Shown here: positions 1 to 12,851 of the stretch, one piece after another
How positions within the stretch are numbered: the stretch's first letter is position 1
Layout of the letters: the number at the start of each line of letters is the position of its first letter
Source of the DNA: Vitrella brassicaformis CCMP3155
Lineage: Eukaryota > Protista > Chromerida
DNA length: 45,044 nucleotides
NCBI GenBank assembly: GCA_001179505.1
Contig: CDMY01000601.1
Coordinates: 1 to 45,044, forward strand
Direction of reading: 5' to 3'
Made by a program: the position numbers and the translations under genes
Notes under the pieces: generated by a model
What the model was told of the DNA's origin: nothing
Database searches by the model: none
The model's input: only the letters and a program-made list of their open reading frames with translations

Positions 1-3000
1 TCGCCACCCTGGGGCTGTGGCTGCTGTGGCTGTGGCTGCTGTGGCTGGTGCGTGGGTGGGGGTGGTGCCGATGAGCTGCTGGACGACGAAGGCTGCTGCA
101 GGTGGTGGTGCGATGACTGCTGCGCCGTCATTTTGGCCATCCTGACGAGCAGAATAGCATGCAGGGAGATGGATGCTCGTTCTGGGCGAGTCTGTGCGCG
201 CATTGCTTACGTCCATTGCGCCTCTTGCAGCTGCCGTACTAGCGCCTCCTCCTTCTTCCTGGCCTCTCGAGCCCTCCGTTTGGCCTCCTGGTCTTTTTGT
301 TTGGCCTCCTGCTGAGTCCGCTCGAGCTGGCGGCACAGCTGATCCACTCGATGCTCGCTATCAGAGGGACCGCCCGCAGTCATCACCGCACCAGACCTAC
401 ACAAGTAGAGAGCAAAGAAACAGAGTGATCCATGGCATCAGTGTCCCTTCTGCCTGCCTGCCTTGATGTACCCTGTGGATGGCCCGCCATTGCTGCCGTG
501 TACCGCTCCGTCCGCCTGAGCCGCAGCGAAGGGGTCGGCTGCACTGCCCGATGAGGCCGGCTGGTGTCTGTCGTCATCCTCATACTCGAATATGGGCGGC
601 GGTGGCGGCACATACATGTCATCACCACCAATGTTATCATAGAACGGGTTAGCCGACAGCCCACCACCACCAGCCGCAGCCGCAGCCGCCGCAGCAGCCG
701 GCGTTGGGCTGGACGGGAAGGGCTGGGGGAAACCGAATGGATGTGCGGAAGGAGCGCCGGACGCCTGTGGGCCGCCGTTGTAGCTGACAGGGAGAGGGGG
801 ACCCATCGGAAGGAAATCACTGCACAGAACAGCAGGCAAGGTGGAATCCATAGAAGCGTTGCTGACAGACAGACATCCTGCCCGTGTTACCTTGGGTCGA
901 TCGGTGGCTGTGGTGGGGGCGGCGGTGGAAAGGCCGGCGGGGGCGGCACACAGTACATGTCTGCCTCGTCATAGAATGGATCAGCCGACAGCCGACCACC
1001 ACCATCGGCGGCAGCAGCTGCAGCTGGTGGTGCGGCCCCGACAGGCGCATGGGCGAAGAAGCGACTCATCGAAGGACCAGCAGCAGACAGACTGCGGACA
1101 CAGCGTAGGAGAAAAGCCATCATTGCGATCCGATCACGGCGTTCACTGTCTGCGGCCATCTCACCTCGGCCTCTCGGCACGTGTCGGCTGCTGTTGGTCG
1201 TCTTGTCCAGTGTGCCGCTGCAGCGATGGCCCGTTGCGCAGCTCCTCGGCCGACGGGAGTCGGGGGAAGGGGATGGAGGGAGGAGGGGACGGCTGGTGGG
1301 CAAACATGGTCATGAGGCCCCTGCCCGCCCCACGACCTCCCACAGGCCGAAAGGGAGGCGACGCACCGCCAGATGGACTGTCATCGTCAGACAGCAGTGG
1401 CGATGGACGCTTCGGCAGAGGAGGGGCCATCCGGCCATTGCCAGGTGACATCTTGAAGCGGCCCTTGGGGAACTGGGCGCTTGAGAGGGGAATGGGGGCG
1501 GGCATCCGGATGGGGGCATTGCCGCTGCGATAACGGGGCTCATTGGCGGCAGGTGTTGGGCGCCCCGTCTGATTGGTCCTGAGTGCTGGTGGGAGTGAGG
1601 GGCGGGGCGGCTGACTCGGCTGAAGTGTGGGCGTCGGTGTGGGCTTGGTGGCGTGTTTGGCCTGAGCCTTCTTCTTGCCCTCGCTCAGCTGTTGCCGTGC
1701 ATGTTGTCCGAACGCCGAGTTGAGCAGCATAGCGTCGCCGTCTTCATTATCGCTGTCACCGTCGCTCCCACCAGCCACCGACTTCGCTGCATCGCCACCA
1801 TCACCAGGCAGGTCGCTGCCCGCAGCGGCTGACACGGATGGCACACCAGACGCACCAGACCTGCAAAGAAAGAGATCGACACGCTCACAGAGGAAGCGAA
1901 TGTGTCAGGGCATCTCGTCAAGTGGGTGGATTGCTCACGTGTCGGCGATGGACGAAGAGGGCTCCGGCTGACTCGCCTCAACCTCATCCGCAGCAGAAGC
2001 CCGACTGCACACACACAGACATGAGGCAAACACTCCCGCCAGCCATGGTCTGTGGATGGCTTTCCTACCTGGTGGATGCGGCAGTGGAGGGCACTGACGG
2101 CTCAATCACCATATCGGAGGGCCTCGCCGCATCCTCACCTGCAGCCTCCTGCTGCTCCTTGCCGCCCTTATCCTTTTTGCCCTTGCCCCTGCCCTTGCTC
2201 TCGCTCTTGGCTTGGCTGGCCTTCTGGTCCTTTTTCTCTTTGGCCTCCTTCTCGCGTCGCTCCTCCGCGAGGAGGGCCTCTTGCATCCGCTTCGCCTTGG
2301 CCTCCTGGGCCGCCAACTGGGCCGCCGTCAGGGGCGGTGGGGTGGTGGGCTTGGCCTTGGTGTCTTTCTGGTGCTGCAGGGCGAGGCCATCGAAGAATCC
2401 CAACACCTGTATATGGGGCAGAGCAGAGAGAGGTGAAGAGGAGGACCTCGTGCTGTGCAGGAGTGCTGCCTACCAGTTGTGAGACCTCCATGTCACTGCT
2501 GTGGTCACGCATCGCCTTGACCGACTCGAACTGACATGGCGGCACACAGACAGTCGGAAAGGCACAGCACACACGACCCTCGGTTAACGTACCTGTAGTA
2601 TCTGCCCGACGATGGGATTCGGCGCGCCTCTGGCGACCTGCGACCTGCCATGGCTGCCATTAATCACACAGCCACAAACAGACACACTCAATCACACGTC
2701 GGGCTTTCTTGGCTGCAGCACATGGCTGACCTGACGATGCTGCTGAGGATGTCGACAGCAGTAGCGCGGTCAGTGTCGTGGAAGACGTCTGCGGGAAGGA
2801 GCTGTCTTCTGGCGTCTTTGAGCAGCACGTCACATATCGCCTCTGCCAGTCCATCGGTCCCCAACACCTACACACAAACAAACGCAACACGGCACTCGTC
2901 AAATGAGATGGAGGTCGGTGACCCTCCTTTGCTGACCTTCCGATCTCTCTGACTGAGTTTCTCGATACAGCGCATGCAGAGGACCAGCAGCTGCATGTCG

Positions 3001-6000
3001 ATCCTGTCGGCCCTCTCAAAGAAGAGGATCAGACAAGTCACGAACCTCGACTCGATAAAAGCGCCAGCGTCCCCATCATCTGCACACCCACACACATGGT
3101 TCAAGGATTGTGGGAGGTGCACCGACTCACTGACTGACGGACGACCTATCATGGCCATGGCTGGGATGACCAGAGCAGTCGTGATGCAATCTGCCAAGGA
3201 GCCCGATGACTCCTTGTACGCTCTGTAGTCCATGTCCAACGCGTTGGCCACCCGATCCAACGCGTCTACCCCCAGGACGAAGGCGCGAAGCGGCTGCATC
3301 GGGGGCGGGGCAGCACCGAGTGTTTTCACCACTCCCGCTTGCTCGATGTACTTGCCGAAGCCACCTGGCTGCAAAGGGCCACCTGCACACACAAATCCAT
3401 CTTTACCCCACGAGCCATCAGTCTCTTACACCTCATACCTTTCTTCTTTCGCATGCAGAGGATGAGAGCGATTCTGATGAAGACCCCTGATGTGGGGATC
3501 GCCGCGAAGCACAGGGGAGAGGCAGGATCGGACGCCGCGATGAGGGCCACCAGCCTGTCCAGATGAGCGTAGACGTGTGCGTTGAGAGCCGCTTTGATGG
3601 CCGGCCACTCCTCCACAAAGTCTGCCAAGACACAGGACAGCAGCCTCGTCCAAAGAACGCATCCCACGTGCACTTTCCTCACGGTCGCGAGGGGAGTCCC
3701 ACAGATAGTCTGCGGCACACATCAGTGGCAGTACTAAGAGCCTCGTCCTCGCTGATTGCTCATCTCGCAGCTGCGTCAGGCTCTCGACGAAAATGGAGAA
3801 GGACTCGAGAACGAGTTGAATTGACGGGCCGAAGGGGCTGGGCTCGAACAGCGACTTCAGCATTATGACTGCCTGGTTAGCGAGATGTGCGTGTCTGCAC
3901 CCCCGAATGACATCCATCGCCTGCCGGAGGGTCGTTTGGTGGGTCTGGAAGAAGCTCTCGCGAAGCTGGGGCCCTCCTGCCGCCTCGAGGGCGGTGGCCG
4001 CGTGAAGAGCGTATTGCATCAGGTGCAGTCTCACATACGTCACGACGTCGACGGGCCGGGGCAGCGGCTCGTCGCATGACGATGCCTTGACGAAAGCATG
4101 CGCGATGTTGCTGTCGACCTCCCCGCCCAGGTCGCCCCCCTCCCCTCCTCCCTCCTCAAGCTCCCTCCACGTCACGGTCTCGAAGATGGCCTGGACGGCC
4201 GACACACGATCCGACGGGGCCATGTGCTCCAGGAAGCCATGAGCGAAGAGGCCGATCAGCACGTTAGCGGCCGCCAGCTGACATTTCTTGTTTCCGCTAT
4301 CCGCCAGGCGCATCAGGACGCGGCGGAAAAGTCCCCCCCCTTTTCCGAACCTCACGGCCAGTCGCTTGGCCAATGCACTCGTCACATGAACAGTGATGCA
4401 TTTGGCTGCCGCAGTGAACGTCTCGATATTGTCAGATAGCAGGCCGTCCACCAACGCATCGATGTCGACGGGCGATGAGGACTGCGGGGAGGAGGAGCGC
4501 CGTGGCGAGAACGGCCCTGACGTCTGATGGGTGTGCATGGCTGTCTTGTGGTTGGCTAGGCGGTGGGATGGGTCCATCGCAGGGGAGCTGCTGCACACGG
4601 TGGCCCTCTTGGGCAAGGATTCAATGAACAACGACGCCTGCACAAACGAGAGGATGGTATCAGCAGAGAGGTATCCATCGACTGGTTTTGTGTGGTCGTG
4701 CGTCCATCGGCTCATGTGCGAGATCGTGTGGTTTCGTTGGCTGCGTCGCTCACCTCTGCTGAAAGGTCACGGCGGACTCGCAGCTGCTGTATCGCCTCGC
4801 ACTGGCAATAGACCACAGACAGACAAACAGACAGACACGGACACATTGCGATCGACTTATGGCCGCATGATCCATCTTCCCCGCTCGGTGTCCACCTGAA
4901 CGATTTGGTCGACGAACGGGTTTCTTGTGGCCATGCCCTCAGTGACCAATTCATCACCACACCTGCCGGACAGCCCATGACAGATTCAGATGCATGCAGC
5001 GTGTAGGGCCAACTCCCACCGTCTACCCGCTCACTTGATCAGCTGCTGCAGAAGGCCCAGGATACAGTCGACAGGTGCCACAGATTCGGCTAATAGCTGG
5101 CAGAGAGCTTCTACCACTCGATGGCCTGAATCAATGTCGCCCGAGCCTGTGAAGGGAAGCACAGCACACACCCAACTCTGTCTTCATATGTTCGCTCGTG
5201 GCCCGTCCCGCGCCTCTCTCTCGCTCTCTCTCCATGGTCATCCTGTCTGACTTGTAGCTGATCTTGCCGGTATCTTCAAACAGGCGAGCATTGTGGGGTG
5301 GAAGTTTGACCATAGCTCAGTGTCGTTGTCAGGAAGGGCGTTGGCCGCTTTAACAGCTCTGATGATCAGCGAGGGGTTGTCAACCAGTAATCGGCATGAC
5401 GACAGGGGCAAAGGGGGGAGAGAGTGCCACTGCCTTCTCAGTGCGCAGACGCCCGTCATGATGGCCCCAGCGTCACAGCCGCGACAGCCAACAGCCCTTC
5501 TTCTGCCGAGGCGATGATGCCCACGAGCTTCGCCACGTGAGAATTGAGGTGTTCCTCGACCAGCCGCTTGACGTCCTCCTCGCGCAGAACTGAGGGACGG
5601 TTGCACACACACACACACACACACACACACAGTCTTTGAGTGGTCGGCCAGTCACTCGCTCATCAATGTGTGCATCTTACATGGGGCCTGCGGCGACAGC
5701 GTAACTGCAGCGACAACCACACCAGGCAGCTCCAGCGCCCGCCGCCATCCCTGTGGGTCCATGTGGGTCGCCCCCTCCGCCAGCTTCAGCAGGTGGTCAA
5801 CCAGCAGGCTGAACAGTGGGAGGGAGAGATGTAGGGGGATATCGGGGAGCTCGTCATCCACCAGATGTTGCAAGACGGCAAGCGCCGTCCTCGAAATAGA
5901 CCCCTCCATGTCGGTGCGCATGACGGTCAGGCACTGCTTGAGGGTCGTCTGATGACTGGCGAGGAATAAGTCGCGTAGACGAGCGCCCTCGTCCGGTACA

Positions 6001-6506
6001 GCATCATACAGAGCATGAATCACCTCCGCGAGAAGCGCCAGCCGCAGGTACGTCACGACATCCACTGCAGCATCAGCTTTGACGGCGTGTTTGACGAATA
6101 GGCTCTCGTCCGGCCCATAGCAGCGGCTGCCGCCCTCTGCGGCCTCCCTCCAGGTCACCACATCCACAACAACACCAGCCACATCCACCAGCTGAGATGG
6201 CTGCAACGCCGCCAGTGCGGGCCTGATCTCCGGCATAAGGAAGAGCAGCAGATCTGCCGCAGCCAGCTGAGTCTCTGGATTGCCGTTATCCAGCAACCAG
6301 GTGAGTATGCGGCGCAGACCTTTGTCTGCGAGAAAGCGACGGAGCAAATCTCGGCCCCGCTTTCTGCTGAGCCTCTCGTTGACGCATGCATCAGCTACTT
6401 TCCGTGCTGCAGCTGTGAAGGTGCTGGGGTCCGCTGAGAGGAGATCTGCCGCAAGAAGGTCGATGTCGCTGTGACTCAGCGCCGGCTCGCGAGATCCCTC
6501 CCTCAT
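1..6506 (-). CDS. Large multi-exon protein: 2x ARM-like helical units, Lys/Glu-rich coiled coil, Pro-rich region (left copy; the RING-coding 3' end lies outside the window)
   Basis: ATG at 6506 (MREGSREPALSHSDIDLLAADLL...). GT-AG exons checked at several junctions join in frame through ORF-track segments 5652-6662, 5238-5630, 3426-4715, 2868-3392, 2065-2406, 1161-1844, 887-1303, 438-851 and 207-404. Collinear with the + strand copy at 33,733-40,638. The ARM-like label rests on Leu/Ala-rich amphipathic helical composition, not on a profile hit. Confidence 0.75.
5604..5631. repeat. (CA)14 intronic microsatellite, equivalent to (TG)14 at 34,629-34,656
   Basis: Read directly. It lies in the same intron of both duplicated genes. 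Confidence 0.95.
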
Positions 6507-6640
6507 CTCAATGTGGCAGATGAGGCAGAGCTGCACGCGTGGAGGGGCAAAGGGCGGGGCTGAAAAGCGCTTCTCCTGCAGCTGCAGATGAAGCGGAGCT
6601 CGCACTGCGGAGAGGCGAATCACGCATTCGAGGTGGCGTG
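6507..6640. promoter_or_regulatory. Putative bidirectional promoter (134 bp between divergent ATGs)
   Basis: Start codons at 6506 (-) and 6641 (+). Promoter function is inferred from geometry only. Confidence 0.55.
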
Positions 6641-7836
6641 ATGGAGAGCTTGGATGACCCACGCTTCCGTGCCCATCGCGATGAGGACTTTCTGCGCGAC
6701 AACCCGCTGGACAACACCAATATCATGCAATGTGCTCATCCACGGCACTGACAGACTGACACTCACACGGACAAACAATGAGTGAATGAGTGAGTGTGCT
6801 GTCTTGGCTGAGTGCAGATTTCTACGGTTCACCATTTTACGACTCGTCGGCGCTGAACGAGCGGCTGCGGCGAGGCGAAGAGGTGCCTGAGTGAGTCAAA
6901 CAGACAAGCAGAGAGCGGCGAGACAACCGCTGTGACTCATGCGAGTGTGTTTGCTTGCGTGTGTGTGTTTGCAGTGATTTGGATGGCGTCGAGTATCGCG
7001 TGGTGCAGTCGATTCCCATGGAGGAGCTGCAGCAGCGGGGACTCATCACCTTCTCAGACCTCTGGATCATCGCCAAATTGACGCGAAAGGCCAACGTCAC
7101 GCACCCTACAAACGTACACTGACCGACTGACTGACTCACTCGTGGGTTGCTGCCTCACCACTGGTTGTGTGCTGCGTGGTCTCTCTGTGTGTGTGTGTGG
7201 TGCAGACGTATTACGTGTTGGACAGTGTGATTTACGAGGCGCCATCTCTGCTGCGGCTGCTCAACAAACGCCTCACGGACACGGCCACCAGCCTCGGTCG
7301 GTCAGCAGCCGAGATCGATGCCCACTCTCTGTATGTGTGTTGATCTGTGTGTGTGGTTCAGATGAGTGGTTTGAGACGGTGAGGGGGCTGTGGCGCTTCT
7401 CGCTTAGTCACGGCTACGAGTGGCGCACCGAAGGCACCACACGGACCGCTGCCAAGGAAGGCGCCCACCGGGCGTCAAAGCAGAGGAGGACTTACCCTGC
7501 CGGTGTGGACATATCGCTCTGCACCTTCAAGCGGCGCCGCTTCACCTTCCTCGCAGACGCACTCCACAGCCGGGCCGCACGATTCGCCAGGGACAAACAA
7601 ACGTGAGCCATCCATCCATCCATCCATGTGTGTGACATCGGATGTGTGTGTCTGTGTGTAGGTTTGTGGATGAGCATCGCGAGTTCTGCTCTCAGCCGCC
7701 GCAGAATGAGTTCTATGGGCTGCAGGCCGCCATGCCGGCCCCAGCTGGAGACCAACAGACACAGAGCGGCGCCCCAATTGCTGCTGCTGCTGCTGCTGCT
7801 GGTGTCCGTGTTGCTGACCATGATGTGCAGAGTTAG
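6641..7836 (+). CDS. MED6: Mediator complex subunit 6, copy 1
   Basis: Spliced product MESLDDPRFRAHRDEDFLRDNPLDNTNIMQYFYGSPFYDSSALNERLRRGEEVP...DLDGVEYRVVQSIP...LWIIAKLTRK...TYYVLDSVIYEAPSLLRLLNKRLTDTATSLDEWFETV. This matches the Med6 pattern (YF..SPFYD...NE, G.EY, YY.....IY.AP.L..L...R). Stop at 7834-7836. Confidence 0.9.
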
Positions 7837-8436
7837 CTGGATCGATCAGTGTGTGTGTGTGTGTGTGATGTATATACTAGTGTGACGACCTCTGATTGAC
7901 TCGTGGACAAGATTTCTCTGTCCGCAAATTGCACATCGGTCACACACCGTCAGTCAATCGGTCAATCTGGCGAGGGCAGTGAGTTCGATCCAAACTCGTG
8001 TCAAGTCAAACCATTCCATCAATTCAGTCCATCGTGATTCAGCTCAGTTGTTTCTGTCGGGGCCCCTCCTCTGTGTGAGGTCAGAGGCCGCCTGTTGGCG
8101 CTATCGAGATAGCGTCTACTGGATGCTCTGTTGACACTTCTTGCCTTACAGACGACACAAAGTTCACTCAAGCTCTGAACCACACCCCTGTCGACCCTAG
8201 CGGAAGGCTGATGCCCCAGACGGAGAGAAAGAGCAGCACACCGACACACACGCACTCATTACACATACATACACACACAGACACACACATATCTATCTCT
8301 CTCTCATCACTTATTCACTTATGCTCCCATGTCTCTGTCTCGCAGCAGTCGGAGCGTGATTGCTTCATGCCCCCCTCTGCAATTGAGCTTCGCCAGCGCC
8401 ATCTTGGTCAGCACGCGGCACGCGAGCCGTCGTCGT

Positions 8437-11265
8437 TTACCGATTGACCGAGAAGAGTGCCCGAATCATCACACACGCCATCAGCTGACCGGCGTTCAGC
8501 AGCAACTCGCCATCAAAACACGCCATCACCCCACGATCTGCCGCACGTCGCCACACATCCCACTTGCTCGTCACACGCAGCGCCTGTTGGGAACCTCTTG
8601 TCTCGTTTGATGTCGCATTCTCTGTTGCTTGAAGAGCTGCTGAACCGTCGTTTGCGGGGGGGTGGGAAAGGGAAGAGCCAAGGACGCTGAAACGGTGCTG
8701 GAGAGACGGATTGATCTGCATACGACCGCCGAGGAGAGGGCACAGGCAGGTGCTTTGCTTTGTGGGTTGTTTCCTTTTCTGTGTGCTTACGTTGTGCAGA
8801 TCAGCCTGCTCCATATGATGTTGGACCCTGCCGTGCTCCTCGCCATTTGACATCGACTGAATACGAGACACAGAGACATGCATGAATGCCTCCTCTGGTG
8901 CCCGAGGTCCATCGATTGTCATCTCACCTTGAGCAGCTTCGCCAGATTGGACCTTGACCAGCACACGTTGACAGAAACCCTTCCACTCGGCTATCTCCCT
9001 CGTCTGGTGCTCTCACCAGCTCGACTGCCTTTTCGAGGTGGTACTTTGCCTTGTCAACTTCACCCACCAACTCCAGAACCTTACTGAAAGCAAACAAGAC
9101 ATATAGAGTGATACACACACAGGGAGGCATGCCAGTAAGCTGACGCATCCTTTGTTGTTGTGGAGCTGTGGTGCGTCAGGCCTCAGCAGCAAGGCCTCAT
9201 CATAGAGGCTCTTCGCCTCTTCTAGCCGGTCCTGTGGCGACGGAAGGAGCATCTCTGCATGTAGGTCTGGGTGTCTTGCTGTGTCGTATGAAAGCTTACC
9301 GGTCTGTGTAGCCTCAGCAAATTCGCGAGATTGTTCTTCGGCTCAGGAGATTCTGGGCTCTGACGAACAGACAGACTTCAACGGGGCAGCAGCTCGCCAT
9401 GAGGACTGCGATCTACTTACGATCAGCACGGCCCGCCTCCACAGCCTCTCTGCCTCGTCAATGCGGTCTGTCTCACACGGCAAGGAAGAGACATGTATGA
9501 CACATTCGTACATCTGCCAAGAATGGCAGCAGATCTAGGTGGCGGAGTATTACTAGTGAAGAAGAGCAGGTGGGCCAGATTGTTGAGGACATGGGTGTCG
9601 TTGGCGTCGATCTCTATGGCCTTCCGATACATCCACTCGGCCTGAGTGTAGTCACCGAGATGACAAAGTACTAGTCCGTAGTGACCCACAATGTCAGACC
9701 GCTCAGGACGCTGAGCAAGAATCACATCCTTCCAGCTCATGAGCTCTCACGTGATCTTGCTATGCTTCGCCGCGCACCAACGCATACAGCTCTTCAAGCA
9801 GTGGTTTCGCTTCTGTCGACCGCATTCTTGTTGGGTGGTCCAGATGAGTCGCCAGCTCATACATGGCGGAAACGTGCACTTCCTCGTCGTGTCTCAGCCC
9901 GAGGTACAGCCCCGCTGTCTCACCGAAGCCCTCACATTCATCCCCGCTCCTCTGGCAAGAGAATCGCCTCCTCGATAAGGAAATGCATTTGTCATAGCAG
10001 GCTTCGGCAGCTTCATATCTCTGTAGCTGCCGAGAGAGAAAAGGAAAGGAAAGACTCTTTGACAAGTCCATGCGGCTTCTGCTAGTAACCTGTTTTGCGA
10101 CTCGAGCGGCCGCAAGGTGTGCTGGTGGCCACTCCGGGCAGAGTGCGAGCGTCTTGTTGATGTGATGGGACACCAGGGAGACACTGGAAGGCTGGGTTGC
10201 CTGCAGCACCGAACAAGAAGGGTGTGGTGAGAGCGACAGCAGCATGAGGGAGGTGTCGGTCTACCAGAAGGAATCTTGCATATGCGAGATGACCCTCACA
10301 GAAAGAAGGTGCCTGCGCAGATTCGCACAGATGTACAGACCGATCAACCTGCCAGCCCATCAACCTGTCTCAGCAGATGCTGGAACTGATTCCGTGCGAC
10401 ATTCTGATGATGCCACCTCTCCGAATCATCCTGGCATGACACACGGACACATCGAATTTCCCTCAACCCGTGTGTCGGGCCTCACTTGGTCAGTCTGGGC
10501 CAAGGCAGCTGTCCCCTCGGCCATTAGCAGACCGGTGCTGACATTGAACGAAGACGAGTTCGCCTGCATTGCGCATTGCAGCGCTTGCTCAGGGTCCCTC
10601 TCCAGATACAGACGGCCAAGATCTGCCCATGCTGCTCCATCATTTGGAGTCTGAACGTAGGACACAGCCGTCTGCCCAGCTCAGGCCGGCACGTCCCTGT
10701 GTGCCCACCTTTTCAAGAGCCCTGACGAAGTGACGTTCAGCGACCTCGAAAGTGGCTGCCAACCTTCCAGCCGCCTGAGCCAATCGCGAGCGGTATGGTG
10801 GGTCAGACGCAGCAGCTGTTGGTGTAGGATGGGACTGGAAGAGCAGAAAAGAATGCACAGAGAAGTTCGGTGCCAAACGCCGCACGTCGCTTACCTGAAG
10901 TGATAAGAGACACGGCATTGAAGAGATTGAGGCAAGTGTCCCCCCTTTGCCGCGATTCTCCCCCAGCACCTCCAACTGCAACGAGTGATAAGAGAGGAAT
11001 CAAACCAGGGCAGACCCCTCACCTACCCACCCTACCATTGTCTTGCCATCCCAGCACACCTCTCCGGCTTCTCCCCCAGCACGCAACACGGCGTCCACCA
11101 GCGCCAGATGACCCATCTCGCAGCCAAGCAGCCGAACACATGCATCATGGACGCCATGGGGCCTCCACCTGACTCCTGCATGACCAACAACACAGCCAGG
11201 AAGCCGCATACGAGAGCAGCAGAGGCGGGCAAGAGGGAAGGTCCCAGAAGGCCGTAAATCCTCAT
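8437..11265 (-). CDS. TPR-repeat protein with hydrophobic N-terminal segment (termini approximate)
   Basis: Exon translations include AAWADLGRLYLERDPEQALQCA, LQRYEAAEACYDKCISL, GHYGLVLCHLGDYTQAEWMYRKAIEIDANDTHVLNNLAHLL, LEEAKSLYDEALLLRPDAPQLHNNKG and GEVDKAKYHLEKAVEL, all canonical TPR helices. First and last exons are uncertain. Confidence 0.75.
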
Positions 11266-11585
11266 CAACAGAACCAGGAACGAGAGGGGGTGCAGTGGAG
11301 ATGTCTTCACAGGCCAGGCCCTGTTGACGGCTCAGCACCGCCAGACACCCATGACAATGACCAGCGGAAGATCTCAGCTGTCATTGTGGTCAGACACCGC
11401 CGGGAAAGGGCCCTTGAGCGTACAGTACACAGTGTGAGCCTATCTGTCGGTCCGGAGAGACTCGGGCCCGAGTTTTTCCAAGAGAGAGAATTCCGTCGCG
11501 AGCTTCAAGTTGAGCTCGCAAAAAGCTCCGTTCCGGTGGCTCCCGCTCGCAGTGACTCTCTCCCGCCACGCCAGTCGTCGTGGAG

Positions 11586-12851
11586 ATGTCGTTGCCATCG
11601 ATGGATGCTTATTCTGACCGCGAGAAGTACGAGCAGCACGTCAAGCAGGAGCTCCACATGATTGACAACGACCTCAAAGACTGGTTCCTCACGCGCAGAA
11701 TCGGCATCGAGGTCACAACAACGGCAGACAGGCAGACACACACACAGATCTTAGGGGCAGGCAGGCAGACAGGCAGACACACAGACACACACATATCTTG
11801 TTGCCGGAGATCTGTGTGCCTGTTGTGTGTTGGGGTGTGCTCCTGGTGGTCGCAGAAGGCGCAGGGTATGAGGAAGCAGCTTGAGAGTCTGAATGCGACG
11901 GGCCTGGCGATGAACAACGCTGACGTGCCGCCGACACAGATGGTCCTGTGGAACGACATCGTCCAGGGAAGGGTAGGCACAAACGAAGACAGGCAGAAGG
12001 GCCAATCGATCCTTCATGCACACACCTGCCTCTATGTGCGTGTGTGTGCTGTCAGCCCGACATGGAGGACTCCCTCAGTACGGACGCCAGGGAAATGAAG
12101 GTGGGGCGGGTACCAGACACAGAGCCCTGCAGACACAGATCTCTCTCTCATCGCCGACTTGCCTGTGTGTGTCAGGCTGAGAAGTACATGAAGCTGTTCA
12201 AGGACTCGACCACCGTCCAGCACCCGTGCCGCATTCCTGGTATGGGTGTGATGAGCCCTTCTCCCCCCTTCTTTCTTCGTCCGTCCATCTGTCCATTTAT
12301 CCATTCTGCCTTGTCAGGCGTCGCGTACCTGCGGTGTCTGCACGAGAACTTCAAGGAGACCTCACAGGTAACTCACACACGCAGAGGCACGATATGCAGC
12401 GAGCCGCACTTGTATCCTGTGTTGGTTGTCTTTATCTGTTGTGTTGGTTTCGTTGTGCAGGCCCGCACCAAGAAGTGCATGTACTCGTTCACGTCTTTCG
12501 ACGCCTGCCGCAAGGCCCTCCTCAAACAACAGAGCGTCGCCATGGAGTAAGCAACATGCACATGCACAACACACATGGCTGGCCAGAACAGGCAGAAAGA
12601 CATCCATCCACACGTGTGCGTGCGTGCGTGTGTATGGATGTCTGTGTGTGTATGTTTGTGTGTCAGGAATGCCATGACACGGCAGGATCTCGCGGATCGG
12701 AGGGCCAAGGTGAGGAGGCAGCACATCACAAGCTCTCACACGTGGCTTCGTGCGTGAGTGCATCCATGTGCGACCGTATATGCATGATCAGGCCATGTTT
12801 GAGAGGCGTGCGGTGCTGCTGGACAGCCTCTCGGGGCAGCCAGGACAGTGA
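11586..12851 (+). CDS. Myzozoan mitochondrial ATP synthase accessory subunit, twin CX9C (CHCH) protein, ATPTG8-like
   Basis: The ~200 aa spliced product contains PDMEDSLSTDAREMK, HPC-RIPGVAYLR-CLHENFKETSQARTKKC-MYSFTSFDA-CRKALLKQQSVAMENAMTRQDLADRRAKAMFERRAVLLD. It has two CX9C motifs and, from memory, closely resembles a Toxoplasma CHCH-type ATP synthase subunit (ATPTG8). The exact subunit number was not verified. Confidence 0.75.

Larger units (their letters stand above)
1..7935. repeat. Left arm of ~8 kb inverted segmental duplication (runs off window start)
   Basis: Reverse complement of nt 1-20 (cacagccccagggtggcga) matches ~40,294-40,312. Reverse complement of 32,240-32,310 matches 7,865-7,935. 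Paralogous ORFs are collinear throughout (e.g. 2065-2406 vs 37887-38204, 5652-6662 vs 33562-34608). Confidence 0.97.
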
